Shown: in pieces, positions 48,067 to 57,108 of the stretch
How positions within the stretch are numbered: the first letter of the stretch is position 1
Layout of the letters: the number at the start of each line of letters is the position of its first letter
Notes under the pieces: generated by a model
Seen by the model: only the letters and a program-made list of their open reading frames with translations
Told to the model about the DNA's origin: nothing
Database searches by the model: none
Virus record (IMG/VR): IMGVR_UViG_2862611759_000001
Strand: one strand, 5' to 3'
Length of the DNA: 64,000 nt
Source: a virus
Taxonomy: Duplodnaviria; Caudoviricetes
Translations under genes and position numbers: made by a program

Positions 48067-49134
48067 TCAGGCGCGCCAGGTGCCGCGAAGGGCGGCGGTG
48101 GTGAAGCCGGGGCCGTAGGCGACAAGGAGGCCGGCGGCGCCGTCGGCGGGCGGTTCGGCGTGGGTGCGTTCGAGGACGCGCAGAACGGAGACGCCGCCCA
48201 GGTTGCCCTCGTCGGCGAGGGTGGCGGTGGAGTGCCGGGAGTCGTGTTCGTCGAGGCCGAGGGCTTCTGCGGTGTCGCAGATGATGCGGGGGCTGCCAGG
48301 GTGGATCGCGGCCCAGTCGATGATCCGGTCGGGCCCGAGCCAGTCTAGGACCGTCGGTAGGACGTCGTCGGCGGCGGTGAGCGCGGCCTTCGTGGAGTCG
48401 AAGTGGAGGCCGTCGGCGCCGATGCGGCCGGAGTAGCGGTCGACGCTGTCCGGGAGGACGAACTCCAGGGTGTCCTCGGGGCTGTCGACGGTGAGGCCGG
48501 GGCCGAGGGGGGTGTCGGTGACGATGCAGGCGGAGGCGGAGTCGCCGAACAGCGCCTTGTAGATCATCGCCTCGACGGAGGTGTCGTTGTGGTTGTAGAC
48601 GCTGGAGATGACCTCGGCGGCGACGACCAGGACCCGCGCGCCGGGGTGGGCGGCGATGTGGTCGACGGCGCGGATCAGGGCCTGGGTGCCGCCGGCGCAG
48701 GCCATGGTCGTCAAGGCGATGCGTCTGACGGTGGGCCGCAGGTTCAGCCGGCCTATGAGGTGGATGTCGAGGTTGGGGACGGACCAGCCGGTGGAGTGCG
48801 TGGTGATGACGGCGTCGATGCCGGCATAGCCGTCCGGCCCGCGGCTGAGGTGCGCCGCGTCCAGGGCCCGCGCTGCTGCGTCGGCGGCCATGTCGAGGGC
48901 GTCGGCGAACGCTGTGGTGGCGCGCTGCTCGACGTCGGCGTCGCCGGCCACCGTGGGGGAGTGGAGCGGGCGGGTGAAGTAGCGGGTGTTGACTTTCAGG
49001 CTGGCCATGTAGCGCGGGAGCGCGGCGCGGCGAGGGTAGTCGGGGTGGCGAGTGAGGATGTCCTCGACGATCTCGTCGGTGGTCACCTTGTGAGCGGGGA
49101 GGACGGTGTGGGGTCGGGAGATGTAGACGGGCAC
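48067..49134 (-). CDS. Type III polyketide synthase (chalcone synthase superfamily; RppA/Gcs/PhlD-like)
   Basis: GGAGG RBS and GTG start, 355 aa. Catalytic triad Cys (MACAGG), His (IHPGS), Asn (GNLGG). Also AAEVIS, ALFGDSA, AYGPGFT. Confidence 0.92.
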   Translation of the reverse strand: MPVYISRPHTVLPAHKVTTDEIVEDILTRHPDYPRRAALPRYMASLKVNTRYFTRPLHSPTVAGDADVEQRATTAFADALDMAADAAARALDAAHLSRGPDGYAGIDAVITTHSTGWSVPNLDIHLIGRLNLRPTVRRIALTTMACAGGTQALIRAVDHIAAHPGARVLVVAAEVISSVYNHNDTSVEAMIYKALFGDSASACIVTDTPLGPGLTVDSPEDTLEFVLPDSVDRYSGRIGADGLHFDSTKAALTAADDVLPTVLDWLGPDRIIDWAAIHPGSPRIICDTAEALGLDEHDSRHSTATLADEGNLGGVSVLRVLERTHAEPPADGAAGLLVAYGPGFTTAALRGTWRA

Positions 49135-49244
49135 TTGGGCCTCCGGCACAACAGGGGGTTGGCGTGGGGGGTGGGCACACCGTACGTCACGGTGTGCGGG
49201 GTATTCCCCCTGATCAGGCGGTAGACGGCCCTCGTGATGAGTTG

Positions 49245-50078
49245 TCAGGGGGTCTCGCGGGCGCGGAGGACGGGGACGCGGGTGTGCGCTTTCCTGGCGC
49301 CGGGGTGGTAGATGAGGATGATCAGGCGGGCTCCGGGGGCGGTCATGGGCTGGGCGGCGCACATGGTGACGTGGCCGGGTCCGTGTTCGGCGTGGAGTAT
49401 CGGGCGCTCGTCGCCGTCGGGGTGGATGTGAGCGCCGCCGGCTTCCCAGAGCGGGGCGAGGTCGGGGTCGGCGGCGACTTCCTTCGCGATCTGCAGGAGT
49501 GTTTCGTCGTCGGGGCGTACGGCGAGCGCGGCGCGGAGCTGCGGAAGGACGAGCGGGGCCCAGACGGTGTGCCAGTCCAGGAGGGTGTTGCGGCCGTCGG
49601 GGTCGAGGAGCATCCAGCGCATGGTGTTGCGGGGGATCCGGCCGCCGGGGAAGAGCGACGCCCAGCACTGGTTGTGGGCCAGGAGGTTCCAGGAGGCGTC
49701 GGTGACGTACGCCATGTGCGTGATGCCGTCGACGGCCTCCTGCCAGACGCCGGGGACCTCGAGGCCGGAGGCGGCGGTGAGGGGGCCGGGCGGGTCGCCG
49801 ATGCCGGCGTAGCGGCAGAGGGAGACCCACTCCTGCTCGTTGAGGCCGAAGAGGCGGGCGACCTGGCGGAGGTAGTCGACGGGCGGGTTGGTGTAGCGGC
49901 CGGTCTCCAGGCGGTTGTAGGTGTGCGGCGCGCGGGCGGTGAGTTCGTCGACCTGCTGCTGGGACAGGCCTCGGGCACGCCGGCCCTGGCCGGTTGGCCG
50001 GGTCAGGTCGTGGTCCTCGGGTTTGATCAGGGCCCGGCGTTCCTCAAGAAGCGCCTTAAGCGCCCGCTTATTTATCAT
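49245..50078 (-). CDS. MmyB-family XRE regulator with PAS-like ligand-binding domain
   Basis: LEERRALIKPEDHDL...GRRARGLSQQQV...YNRLETGR HTH. AYVTDASWNLLAHN...NTMRWMLLDP...W...QLR. Confidence 0.85.
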   Translation of the reverse strand: MINKRALKALLEERRALIKPEDHDLTRPTGQGRRARGLSQQQVDELTARAPHTYNRLETGRYTNPPVDYLRQVARLFGLNEQEWVSLCRYAGIGDPPGPLTAASGLEVPGVWQEAVDGITHMAYVTDASWNLLAHNQCWASLFPGGRIPRNTMRWMLLDPDGRNTLLDWHTVWAPLVLPQLRAALAVRPDDETLLQIAKEVAADPDLAPLWEAGGAHIHPDGDERPILHAEHGPGHVTMCAAQPMTAPGARLIILIYHPGARKAHTRVPVLRARETP

Positions 50079-50271
50079 CGCTGTCACTTTCTCCCCGTGT
50101 ACCTTGCATGCGCCGCCTGGAGTGTAATTAGTGGCGCCGTGTTTCGTAATAAAAGCTGCGTGTAGAAAACCAGTGCTTGAACGTACAAGCTGTTGGTCGT
50201 GGGCGCGCTGACCTGCCGGGAAGCTGGGCTGAGCGGCCACATTGCAGTACCGCAGGGCCTGTTGCGAGTCC

Positions 50272-50383
50272 TCTGACGAAATCCGTCAGATCGGAGTCGT
50301 TGGGGCAGCCCTGTTTGCCCTCGCCGAAGCTCCGGCGGGTGCTCCCGGACAGTGCCGTAATCCGTACCGAGGTACGGATTTCG
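50272..50383. promoter_or_regulatory. Inverted repeats upstream of the MmyB-like gene
   Basis: TCTGACG-N5-CGTCAGA (50272) and AATCCGTACC-GA-GGTACGGATT (50359), sharing (CG)AAATCCGT. Confidence 0.45.
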
Positions 50384-50577
50384 CAGCTCGGCACCGTCCG
50401 GTAGCGCCTGCCGGGTTTCGAGAGGGCCCCTGAGACTACGGCCCGGTACCGACATCGCCACGATGCCGCGTCCTCGGTACCGGCCGTGTGATCGGCCGGC
50501 GGCGCGCTCCCCCTTGCGCCGCCTGGTCGGCTGTTGGCCCCGGGCACCTTCGGAACCCACCTTTCGCCCGGGGCCAC

Positions 50578-51528
50578 CTACCTCGTCGCCTCGGCCTCGC
50601 GGATGGCACCCAGCACCTTCAGCGCCGCCAGCTCCTGCAGCGCGGCCGGAAGGGCTGCGGCCCCGTCGACGGTCTCCAGCCCGACGAGGACCCGGCGGAC
50701 GACGTCGTAGCGGGGGTCCTGCCGAGCTCCCGCCCAGTCGACCGCGAGGTCCCCGGTGAGCGGCGCCTCGTCCTGCCGGCTGTCGATGACGGCTTCGAGC
50801 TCGGCGATCCTGCGCTTCGCGCGCGCCATGGCGCGGTCCCACCCCCGCTTGAACGCCTCTTCCTCCTCGTCCTTCGGCAGCTGCTTCAGCCACGGCCGCA
50901 GCTCGTGAGCGGCCGCCCAGTGCTCCCCAGCCCGCGCGGTGTCCTCCTCCTGGAGCTGCTCCAGAGGCAGGAAGTCGTACGCCCGCGACAGGTGGTCGGC
51001 GAGGCGGGCGGTCACCCGGTTCGGGACCGGCCGCGGGGAGCCGGCGTTGTCCGGCAGGAGCTGGAGGAGACGGTGCACGAGCCCGGCCGGGTCGAGCGCG
51101 TGGACCCCGAGGATGTGCCCTCCGAGCTGCTGGTGCGCGCTCTGCCGGGTGCCGCCCTCGGCCGGGTTGGTGTGCCAGTCGCACATCGGGCAGTCGTACC
51201 GCACCCGCTCCTCACGCGCCTCGGCGGCCGCCGGGCCCCCGATGGGCGTCTCGGGCCGCGGCGCGCCTGCGGAGGCGGGCAGCTCGATCTGGAAGTGCGT
51301 CAGCCGGGAGTCGAGCGCGCCCGGCTCCTGGGCCGCGTGCTGAGGCGGCCCGCCCGAGGCGCGGGAGGTGATGGTGCCAGCGTCGGCCAGTCCGTGCTCG
51401 ACGGCGAAGTGGTCGCGCACCATCTGCCCGGTGACCGCCATGTCGTGGTGGACCGGGACGTCCAGGTGCCACGCGCACAGCGGGCAGTAGTGGCGCACCG
51501 TCCCGCCGAGCCAGTCAGAGCCGGTCAT
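50578..51528 (-). CDS. Hypothetical protein with two C2H2-like Zn fingers
   Basis: CPLCAW...HFAVEH and CPMCDW...HILGVH. Confidence 0.6.
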   Translation of the reverse strand: MTGSDWLGGTVRHYCPLCAWHLDVPVHHDMAVTGQMVRDHFAVEHGLADAGTITSRASGGPPQHAAQEPGALDSRLTHFQIELPASAGAPRPETPIGGPAAAEAREERVRYDCPMCDWHTNPAEGGTRQSAHQQLGGHILGVHALDPAGLVHRLLQLLPDNAGSPRPVPNRVTARLADHLSRAYDFLPLEQLQEEDTARAGEHWAAAHELRPWLKQLPKDEEEEAFKRGWDRAMARAKRRIAELEAVIDSRQDEAPLTGDLAVDWAGARQDPRYDVVRRVLVGLETVDGAAALPAALQELAALKVLGAIREAEATR

Positions 51529-51860
51529 GGGGTGGGTCCTTCCTCGTCGGCCTGGGCCGTCTCGTCGTCGTGCAGCTGGTGCTCGTCGCGCGGGTAGCCG
51601 CACGCGCCGGCGCCGAAGAACTGGGCGGCGCACGGGCCGGGGCCCTCGTAGGTGTGGTGGGTGATGAGCCGGTGCTGGCCCTCGCAGCGGCGGATCGCGG
51701 CCAGCACGTCCGTGGCGAGCGTCTCCGCCCACCCGCCGGGCACCATCGGCTGCCCAGACGGCCAGGCCATCTTGACCACCTGCTCCAGCGCCGCCGGGTA
51801 CCGCGGGTCCCGGCGGGTGTCGCCGCGGGCGGCCGGGTTGAAGTCGCTGACCGCGCTCAC
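51525..51860 (-). CDS. Hypothetical protein
   Basis: Coupled overlaps. HTY...C...CG...H. Confidence 0.5.
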   Translation of the reverse strand: MSAVSDFNPAARGDTRRDPRYPAALEQVVKMAWPSGQPMVPGGWAETLATDVLAAIRRCEGQHRLITHHTYEGPGPCAAQFFGAGACGYPRDEHQLHDDETAQADEEGPTP

Positions 51861-52294
51861 GCCGCTTCGCCGGAGCTGTGCATCGGGTCCAGGCCGTCCG
51901 CCGCGCGCTGCCGGTCGACGTGTTTGCGCGCCTTCGCGATCCGCTCGTCCAGGTCCGGCGCTGTGGCCCACTCCAGCAGGACGTCGGCGTGGCAGAGCGC
52001 GCGCGGGGCGCAGGCGCATGCCAGGTCATGCCCGACAAGCAGGGGCAGCCCTGCGAGGATCCGCTCCCGCTTTCGGTCCGCCTCCTCGCTCGTCCACTCC
52101 GCGCGGGAGCCGGCCAGCCACTGCTTGAACGCCGACACCGTGTACTGGCGGGCCTCCGACTCGGTGTAGCTGCGGGCTTCGATCGCGGCGACGACGGTGA
52201 ACGGGTTCCCGAAGCGGCTGGTGCGGTCGACGATCACGCACCCTTCGGGCTTTCGCCATCCGGCGGTGCGGCGGCGCTGGATACGGGACGGCAT
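51857..52294 (-). CDS. DUF4326-family protein
   Basis: RIQRRRTAGWRKP...VDRTSRFGNPF...GHDLACAC...CHADVLL. Possible upstream start at 52417. Confidence 0.8.
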   Translation of the reverse strand: MPSRIQRRRTAGWRKPEGCVIVDRTSRFGNPFTVVAAIEARSYTESEARQYTVSAFKQWLAGSRAEWTSEEADRKRERILAGLPLLVGHDLACACAPRALCHADVLLEWATAPDLDERIAKARKHVDRQRAADGLDPMHSSGEAA

Positions 52295-52400
52295 GGTGGC
52301 TCCTGGCGTGGTCGGGAGGGGGATGGCAGTCTGCCCAACGATCGGGGCGGGGGACGGCGCGGTGCGCTGCGTCTCGAGGGCGCGCAGCCGCGCGTGCGTC

Positions 52401-53180
52401 TCAGGTGTTGTCACCATCGTCCTCCCGTGCCACAAGGCCGTTGACGACCAGCCGGAGGCGGGCGCGCTGCGGGGGCGGGTCTTGGCCGGGGACGGGCCAG
52501 TCGTCGGCGCGGTAGCCGTACGAGGGCGGCTCCCAGGCGTCCCAGTCGTAGGCCCATCGGTAGAGGCTGACCCAGTCGGTGTCGAAGTAGCAGGGGAGCA
52601 GGCCGCCACGGTTCGGGACCGGGTCGGGTGCCGCGTCGTTCTGCGCCTGGACCTGCTCACGAACACGGAGGAGTTGGTCGTGGTGCCGGCTGCAGAACCA
52701 GTGGTTCGTGAGCCAGCCGGTGGCCGGGTCCTTCTCGACGACCTTGTTCTGAGCGGGGGCGCCGCAGACCTTCATGGCGTTGCGGAAGTCCTCGGGGCCG
52801 TCGGGGTGGGGCCGCATCCGGGGGCCGCGGCATACCCGGTCGAGCGGGTCGGTGCCGTGCCGGTAGCCGGGCGGCTCGTAGCGGGGGACGTCATCTCGCA
52901 CCAGCTCGCGCAGGGAGGTACGGCGCCAGTGATGCGGCCGGGTCCCCAGCGCCTTCCCGGTCGCCTTCCAGACCGTGGTGTCGTCGTCGAGGGGGACCAT
53001 GGTGAGGACGTAGGCGATCGTCAGCAGCAGAAACCGGGCCGAGGCGTCGGCGCGCTCGTCCTGGTAGATCCGCTGGGCGTACTCAGCGAACTTCGGGCCG
53101 TCGCCACCGTCTTTGCGCTTCGGCTTCCGCTTCTTCTCCAGCGGCTGGTGAGCGTGGGCCAGGTGCAGGGCTGCTCCCAC
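52401..53180 (-). CDS. Hypothetical protein
   Basis: Part of a contiguous leftward operon. Several Cys/His. Confidence 0.6.
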   Translation of the reverse strand: MGAALHLAHAHQPLEKKRKPKRKDGGDGPKFAEYAQRIYQDERADASARFLLLTIAYVLTMVPLDDDTTVWKATGKALGTRPHHWRRTSLRELVRDDVPRYEPPGYRHGTDPLDRVCRGPRMRPHPDGPEDFRNAMKVCGAPAQNKVVEKDPATGWLTNHWFCSRHHDQLLRVREQVQAQNDAAPDPVPNRGGLLPCYFDTDWVSLYRWAYDWDAWEPPSYGYRADDWPVPGQDPPPQRARLRLVVNGLVAREDDGDNT

Positions 53181-53181
53181 T

Positions 53182-53496
53182 TCATGCCTCCTTCGCGTGG
53201 TGGTTGCGGGGACGGTGCATGGGCCAGCTGTGGGCGGCCCACAGGCGGTCGGTGTCGATGTCGATGAGCCCGAGCTCCAGGAGGTGGAGGAGTGCTTCGC
53301 GTACGGCGCCGTCGACGGCCTGCATGAGGGGCATGGGCTTCGCGAGGGGACCGTCGGGGCTGTTGACGGTCCAGGACGACGCGGCGAAGCCGGCGATGCG
53401 GTTGATGGCTGCGAAGTCGCCTTGGTCGGCAGTGTCGACGGCGATGCGTGCCCAGTCCGCGAGGCGGTCGGTGGGCAACGGCGGCTTGGTGGTCAC
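53182..53496 (-). CDS. Hypothetical protein
   Basis: GAGGAGG RBS. Confidence 0.55.
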   Translation of the reverse strand: MTTKPPLPTDRLADWARIAVDTADQGDFAAINRIAGFAASSWTVNSPDGPLAKPMPLMQAVDGAVREALLHLLELGLIDIDTDRLWAAHSWPMHRPRNHHAKEA

Positions 53497-53499
53497 GGG

Positions 53500-54648
53500 T
53501 CAGTCCTCCTCGGGGTCGTCGCGGCGGGCGGCGGCTTCGGTCTCGCCGTTCGGGCCGGCCAGGGCGAGCGCGGCCCGGTGCTTGCGGGTGCGCGCGACGC
53601 GGCCAGCAGACCAGCCGTGCTTGGCCGCCACCTCGTCGAGCCCGGCCCGGCAGTCGTCGGTGTGCTGGTGCTCCTGCTCGCAGTCCCAGCCGTAGAGGAC
53701 GGCGTACAGCCATGCGTCGCTGGAGTCCTGGGCCCAGTCGCGGGAGCCGGTGGCCATGTGCGTACGGACGAGCAGCAGGGCGTTGTGGACGCGCGCGGCG
53801 AGGGTGGCATGGTCGGCGAGGAGCGCGTTGTGCTCCTTCCAGCAGCGGTAGAACTCCTGGAGCGCGTCCCGGGTCTCATCGCGGTCGGCTTCGGCGTCCC
53901 AGAGCCGGTCGTACAGCTCGTTCAGGGACTGGGCGGTGTGGTCGGCGAGGGGGGTGCGGTGTTCGGGGTCGGTGAGCGGCGGCGCGGGCGGGAGGTCGCC
54001 GTGGGCTTCGAGGAGGTGCTCCTGCCACAGGGCGGTGACCAGGCGGTGCCAGCGCTTCGGCGCGGGCGTCCAGCCGCAGGCGCAGTCGACGGTGTAGCGG
54101 CCGCTGGGCGTCGTGACGAGGCGGGGGAGGTGGGTGGTGACGATGTCGACGTGGTCGGGGCACAGGTGCCCGCCGTCGGTGAAGATGCTGCTGGTCTTGA
54201 GGATGTGCCAGCCGGCGCCAGACCAAGTGGGGCGCGGCGGCGGGGTGCCGTTCATCCAGGAGATGGCGTCGTACTGGCGGATGCAGCCGGGGAAGAGGCA
54301 CGTGCGCAGGGCGGGCTGGTTGCGGAACGCTTCCACCTCGGCGTGAAGGATGGCCAGCTGCTGGCGCAGATCGGCCTGTTCGGCGTCGGCAAGCTCCATG
54401 AACGGCTCGGCGCACGAATGAGAGGAGACCCCGAAGGCTCCCGTGATGGGGCGCATGTAGCGAGCAAGGCGGGCGGGGTCAAGGACGGAGCGCGCGTGGT
54501 GGGGGCAGCTCTGACCTCGCTCCCAACCGATGATGCGGTCAGCGGACTCGGCGGGCCAGAGGTACCGGGTGTCTCCGTCCTCGTCTCGGGTCAGAGGGAG
54601 GCACAGGCAGCCCTCTACGCCGAAGGAAGTGGAAGGGGCGGCGTTCAC
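53500..54648 (-). CDS. Mosaic Cys-rich hypothetical protein
   Basis: GTGA overlap, several Cys clusters and a coiled coil. Confidence 0.55.
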   Translation of the reverse strand: MNAAPSTSFGVEGCLCLPLTRDEDGDTRYLWPAESADRIIGWERGQSCPHHARSVLDPARLARYMRPITGAFGVSSHSCAEPFMELADAEQADLRQQLAILHAEVEAFRNQPALRTCLFPGCIRQYDAISWMNGTPPPRPTWSGAGWHILKTSSIFTDGGHLCPDHVDIVTTHLPRLVTTPSGRYTVDCACGWTPAPKRWHRLVTALWQEHLLEAHGDLPPAPPLTDPEHRTPLADHTAQSLNELYDRLWDAEADRDETRDALQEFYRCWKEHNALLADHATLAARVHNALLLVRTHMATGSRDWAQDSSDAWLYAVLYGWDCEQEHQHTDDCRAGLDEVAAKHGWSAGRVARTRKHRAALALAGPNGETEAAARRDDPEED

Positions 54649-55079
54649 GAGGCGGCTCCCGGGACGGTCGGGGTCGGCTCCCAGAACTGGGCCTGGACGT
54701 CGTGGAGGACGGCCGCAGGCGGTACCCAGAGGCCGAGCAGGCCGTCGGTCGGGACCGGGCGAGGCAGGGGCCGGATGTCGCGCAGGGTCCAGTGCCAGAA
54801 GCTGACCATGCCTCACGGGGCGCAGCAGCCGGCCGGGTCGGCCTGGTGGCAGGAGTCGAGGACGGCGGTGCCGATGATGGCGCCGCGGACGTCGGGGGCG
54901 TGGGCCAGCTCGAGGTCGGCGGCGGTCACCTTCGAGTTGTGCGGGGCCTTGGCGGCGTGGATGAGGATCGTGGTCCCGAGGTGCATCGCGGAGACCGAGC
55001 GGGAGCGGTTCTCGCAGCGTTTCGTCCCGTGGACGATGGCGTCGGCGTACGGCTGGCGGACGGTCAGGGCGCGCATCAT
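54645..55079 (-). pseudogene. ASCH-domain gene interrupted by an in-frame TGA
   Basis: ALTVRQPYADAIVHGTKRCENR...ILIHA...GAIIG. TGA at 54813-54815, then the same frame continues HWTLRDIRPLPRPVPTDGLLGLW. Confidence 0.75.
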
Positions 55080-55504
55080 GCGTCTCCTTCGGCGTTGGTG
55101 TTCTCGAAGGCGGCGCTGAACGCGCGGGCGACGCCCAGAGCGTGCTCTTCGGAAGCGCAGGCGTGGCAGTCCTCGGAGCACTCGCGGGGCTCGCCGGGGT
55201 AGGCGACCTGGTCGTGGAACGGCTCGTCCTCGAGGAGGTCGGCCTGCTGCTCCAGCAGCGCGGCGACGGCGAGGCCGACCATGGGGGAGCCGAAGGCGGC
55301 AAGGTAGTCGTTGACCTGCTCGCGGTGTTGGGCCCAGCTCTCGATGAGGACGGTGGGCTTCTCGTGGTTGTCGACGACGACGGGAGACTTGCTACCGAGG
55401 GTGTGGCCGACCATCCATCGGGTGCGGTCCTCGTGCGCGGCGGCAGTCGCCAGGGAGCGCAGCCTTTCGGCGGCGTTGCGGATCTTGGTGGCGCTGGAGG
55501 TCAC
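55076..55504 (-). CDS. Hypothetical protein
   Basis: Coupled overlaps. Confidence 0.6.
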   Translation of the reverse strand: MTSSATKIRNAAERLRSLATAAAHEDRTRWMVGHTLGSKSPVVVDNHEKPTVLIESWAQHREQVNDYLAAFGSPMVGLAVAALLEQQADLLEDEPFHDQVAYPGEPRECSEDCHACASEEHALGVARAFSAAFENTNAEGDA

Positions 55505-55803
55505 GGGGTCGGCTCCTCAGGGGTGGGGGTGATGCGGTGGACGCGGACGGGCGGGGACGGGATGGCGGCGAGGCGCTGGGCCTCGCGCCAGGAGCGGACG
55601 TTGGCGAGCGTCCGGCGCGGTCGGAAGGTCCACATGTAGGCGAGGCCGATGGCGAAGATGACCTGGGCGGCCCAGTTCCCGGGGTTCCGCCATCCGCCGT
55701 GGGCGTGGTCCTCGGCCCAGGACAGCAGCCGGGGCGCTGGCTGGGTGCGGCCGAAGACGTAGCCGACCGTCAGGGCGGCGAGGGCGAGAACGGCGGTGGT
55801 CAC
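55501..55803 (-). CDS. Small membrane protein
   Basis: Two hydrophobic segments, GGAGG RBS. Confidence 0.55.
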   Translation of the reverse strand: MTTAVLALAALTVGYVFGRTQPAPRLLSWAEDHAHGGWRNPGNWAAQVIFAIGLAYMWTFRPRRTLANVRSWREAQRLAAIPSPPVRVHRITPTPEEPTP

Positions 55804-56414
55804 GAAGCGACCTCCGCCTCGGCCGGGGCGACGGTCCACTCGTCGCCCTCGGCGTCGCGGTAGACCACCTCCGGCAGGTAGTACAGCGAGGACGACGAAG
55901 CGACGGCGTCGCGCGCCCGTTCCTCGCTCGGGTACTGGTCGATGTGGTCGAAGCCGTTGCCGCGCTTCCGTGTGGCCCACTGTCGCTGGCCGCGCCACAG
56001 GTACCAGCGGAGCTCGGCCGGGAGGTGGTGGAACCAGGCGGCTTCGGTGGCGTGGCTGGGGTAGCGGCCGACGACGTGGGCGGCCGGGGCCAGGCGAACG
56101 CGGGTGCCGCAGGAACAGCTGACACCGACGTCGTTCTTGTAGCCCCGGCCGTCGGTGATGGGCTGGTGGGCGGTGAAGGCGTTGGGGTGGTCGGGGCAGA
56201 GGTGGAGAGAGAAGCTGCCGTAGCAGCGCTCGCGGTACGACAGGGTGCGCGTCCGGCGGCGGCCCGGGAACGGGTCGTCCGTGGTGGCGGGGATGTGCGC
56301 GGTGGACTTGAGCTTGGTCCAGCCGTCGGGCGGGGTGATGTTGTCGTGGCCGATGCCGTTGGCCTCGCAGTGCGGGGCGTCGCAGCGGAATCGGGTGAGG
56401 GTCTCGGTGCTCAC
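55800..56414 (-). CDS. Cys-containing hypothetical protein
   Basis: CDAPHC...PDGW...HLCPDH...CSCG. Confidence 0.55.
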   Translation of the reverse strand: MSTETLTRFRCDAPHCEANGIGHDNITPPDGWTKLKSTAHIPATTDDPFPGRRRTRTLSYRERCYGSFSLHLCPDHPNAFTAHQPITDGRGYKNDVGVSCSCGTRVRLAPAAHVVGRYPSHATEAAWFHHLPAELRWYLWRGQRQWATRKRGNGFDHIDQYPSEERARDAVASSSSLYYLPEVVYRDAEGDEWTVAPAEAEVAS

Positions 56415-56551
56415 TCGGCCTGGCCTTCCTGGTTGTCGGGTGTGCACTCGTGGTGAGACCAGAGCAGCGTGCCGTCCTCGACCGGCTCGAACGCCCACGT
56501 CACGTCGCAGTCGCCGCAGTGGAAATCGCCGTAGAAGCAGACGTCAGCCAC
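56411..56551 (-). CDS. Small CxxC protein (46 aa)
   Basis: Fills the operon gap with overlaps. FHCGDC. Confidence 0.4.
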   Translation of the reverse strand: MADVCFYGDFHCGDCDVTWAFEPVEDGTLLWSHHECTPDNQEGQAE

Positions 56552-56801
56552 GGCGGGTCTCGCTCTGGCTCTCGGCGGCCGCGAGGGCGATGAGCTCCTG
56601 GCACAGCTCGGGCATGGAGAAGATCTCGCGGAGGACGGCGACGAACCCGTCGCGTTCCACCGGCGCGAGGCGCTCCCACACCGTGTGCGCGTCGCGGTGC
56701 GCGGCGATGGCCTTGATGTGTTCGGCCTCGGTGGCGGCGGTGCGTTCGGCGCCGCACTGGCCGCAGCGGTAGGTGGCCTGGTCCCAGCCCTGGGGTGTCA
56801 A
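56544..56801 (-). CDS. Hypothetical protein
   Basis: GGGGAGG RBS and TTG start. YRCGQCG. Confidence 0.5.
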   Translation of the reverse strand: MTPQGWDQATYRCGQCGAERTAATEAEHIKAIAAHRDAHTVWERLAPVERDGFVAVLREIFSMPELCQELIALAAAESQSETRRG

Positions 56802-57003
56802 CGTGCCTCCCCGGTTCCGTGCAGGAGCGCGCGGGCGACGATGACGGCGGCCAAGTCGCCGTGGGTGGCGTTGGTGATGGTGAAGGTGTGGAGCGGGGTG
56901 GGAGTGGTCAAGGCGACTCCTCGGGAAGGGGTGGGTCAAGCCTGCCGCGTCTGGGCGCGGTTGTTCCCCCTGCTCGGGTGCGGCCGGGGTGCCCCCATCA
57001 TAT

Positions 57004-57043
57004 CCATAATCTATTGTGTAGGCCATAGGTTATGGGTTAGTCT
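57004..57043. promoter_or_regulatory. Operator O5 between divergent transcription units
   Basis: CCATAATCTATTG-TGTAGG-CCATAGGTTATGG. Rightward TTGTGT-18-TAGTCT. Leftward TATGAT next to the left arm. Confidence 0.75.
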
Positions 57044-57108
57044 CTGGGTGTCGGAACGGGGCAAAGCGCCTCAGAACGGCGACAGAAAAGAGAACAGGGG
57101 AGCCCCAG

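Noticed and set aside
50050-50062. Possible bldA-dependent TTA codon in the MmyB-like gene
   Set aside because: The frame reads CTT-AAG (Leu-Lys), so the TTA is out of frame.
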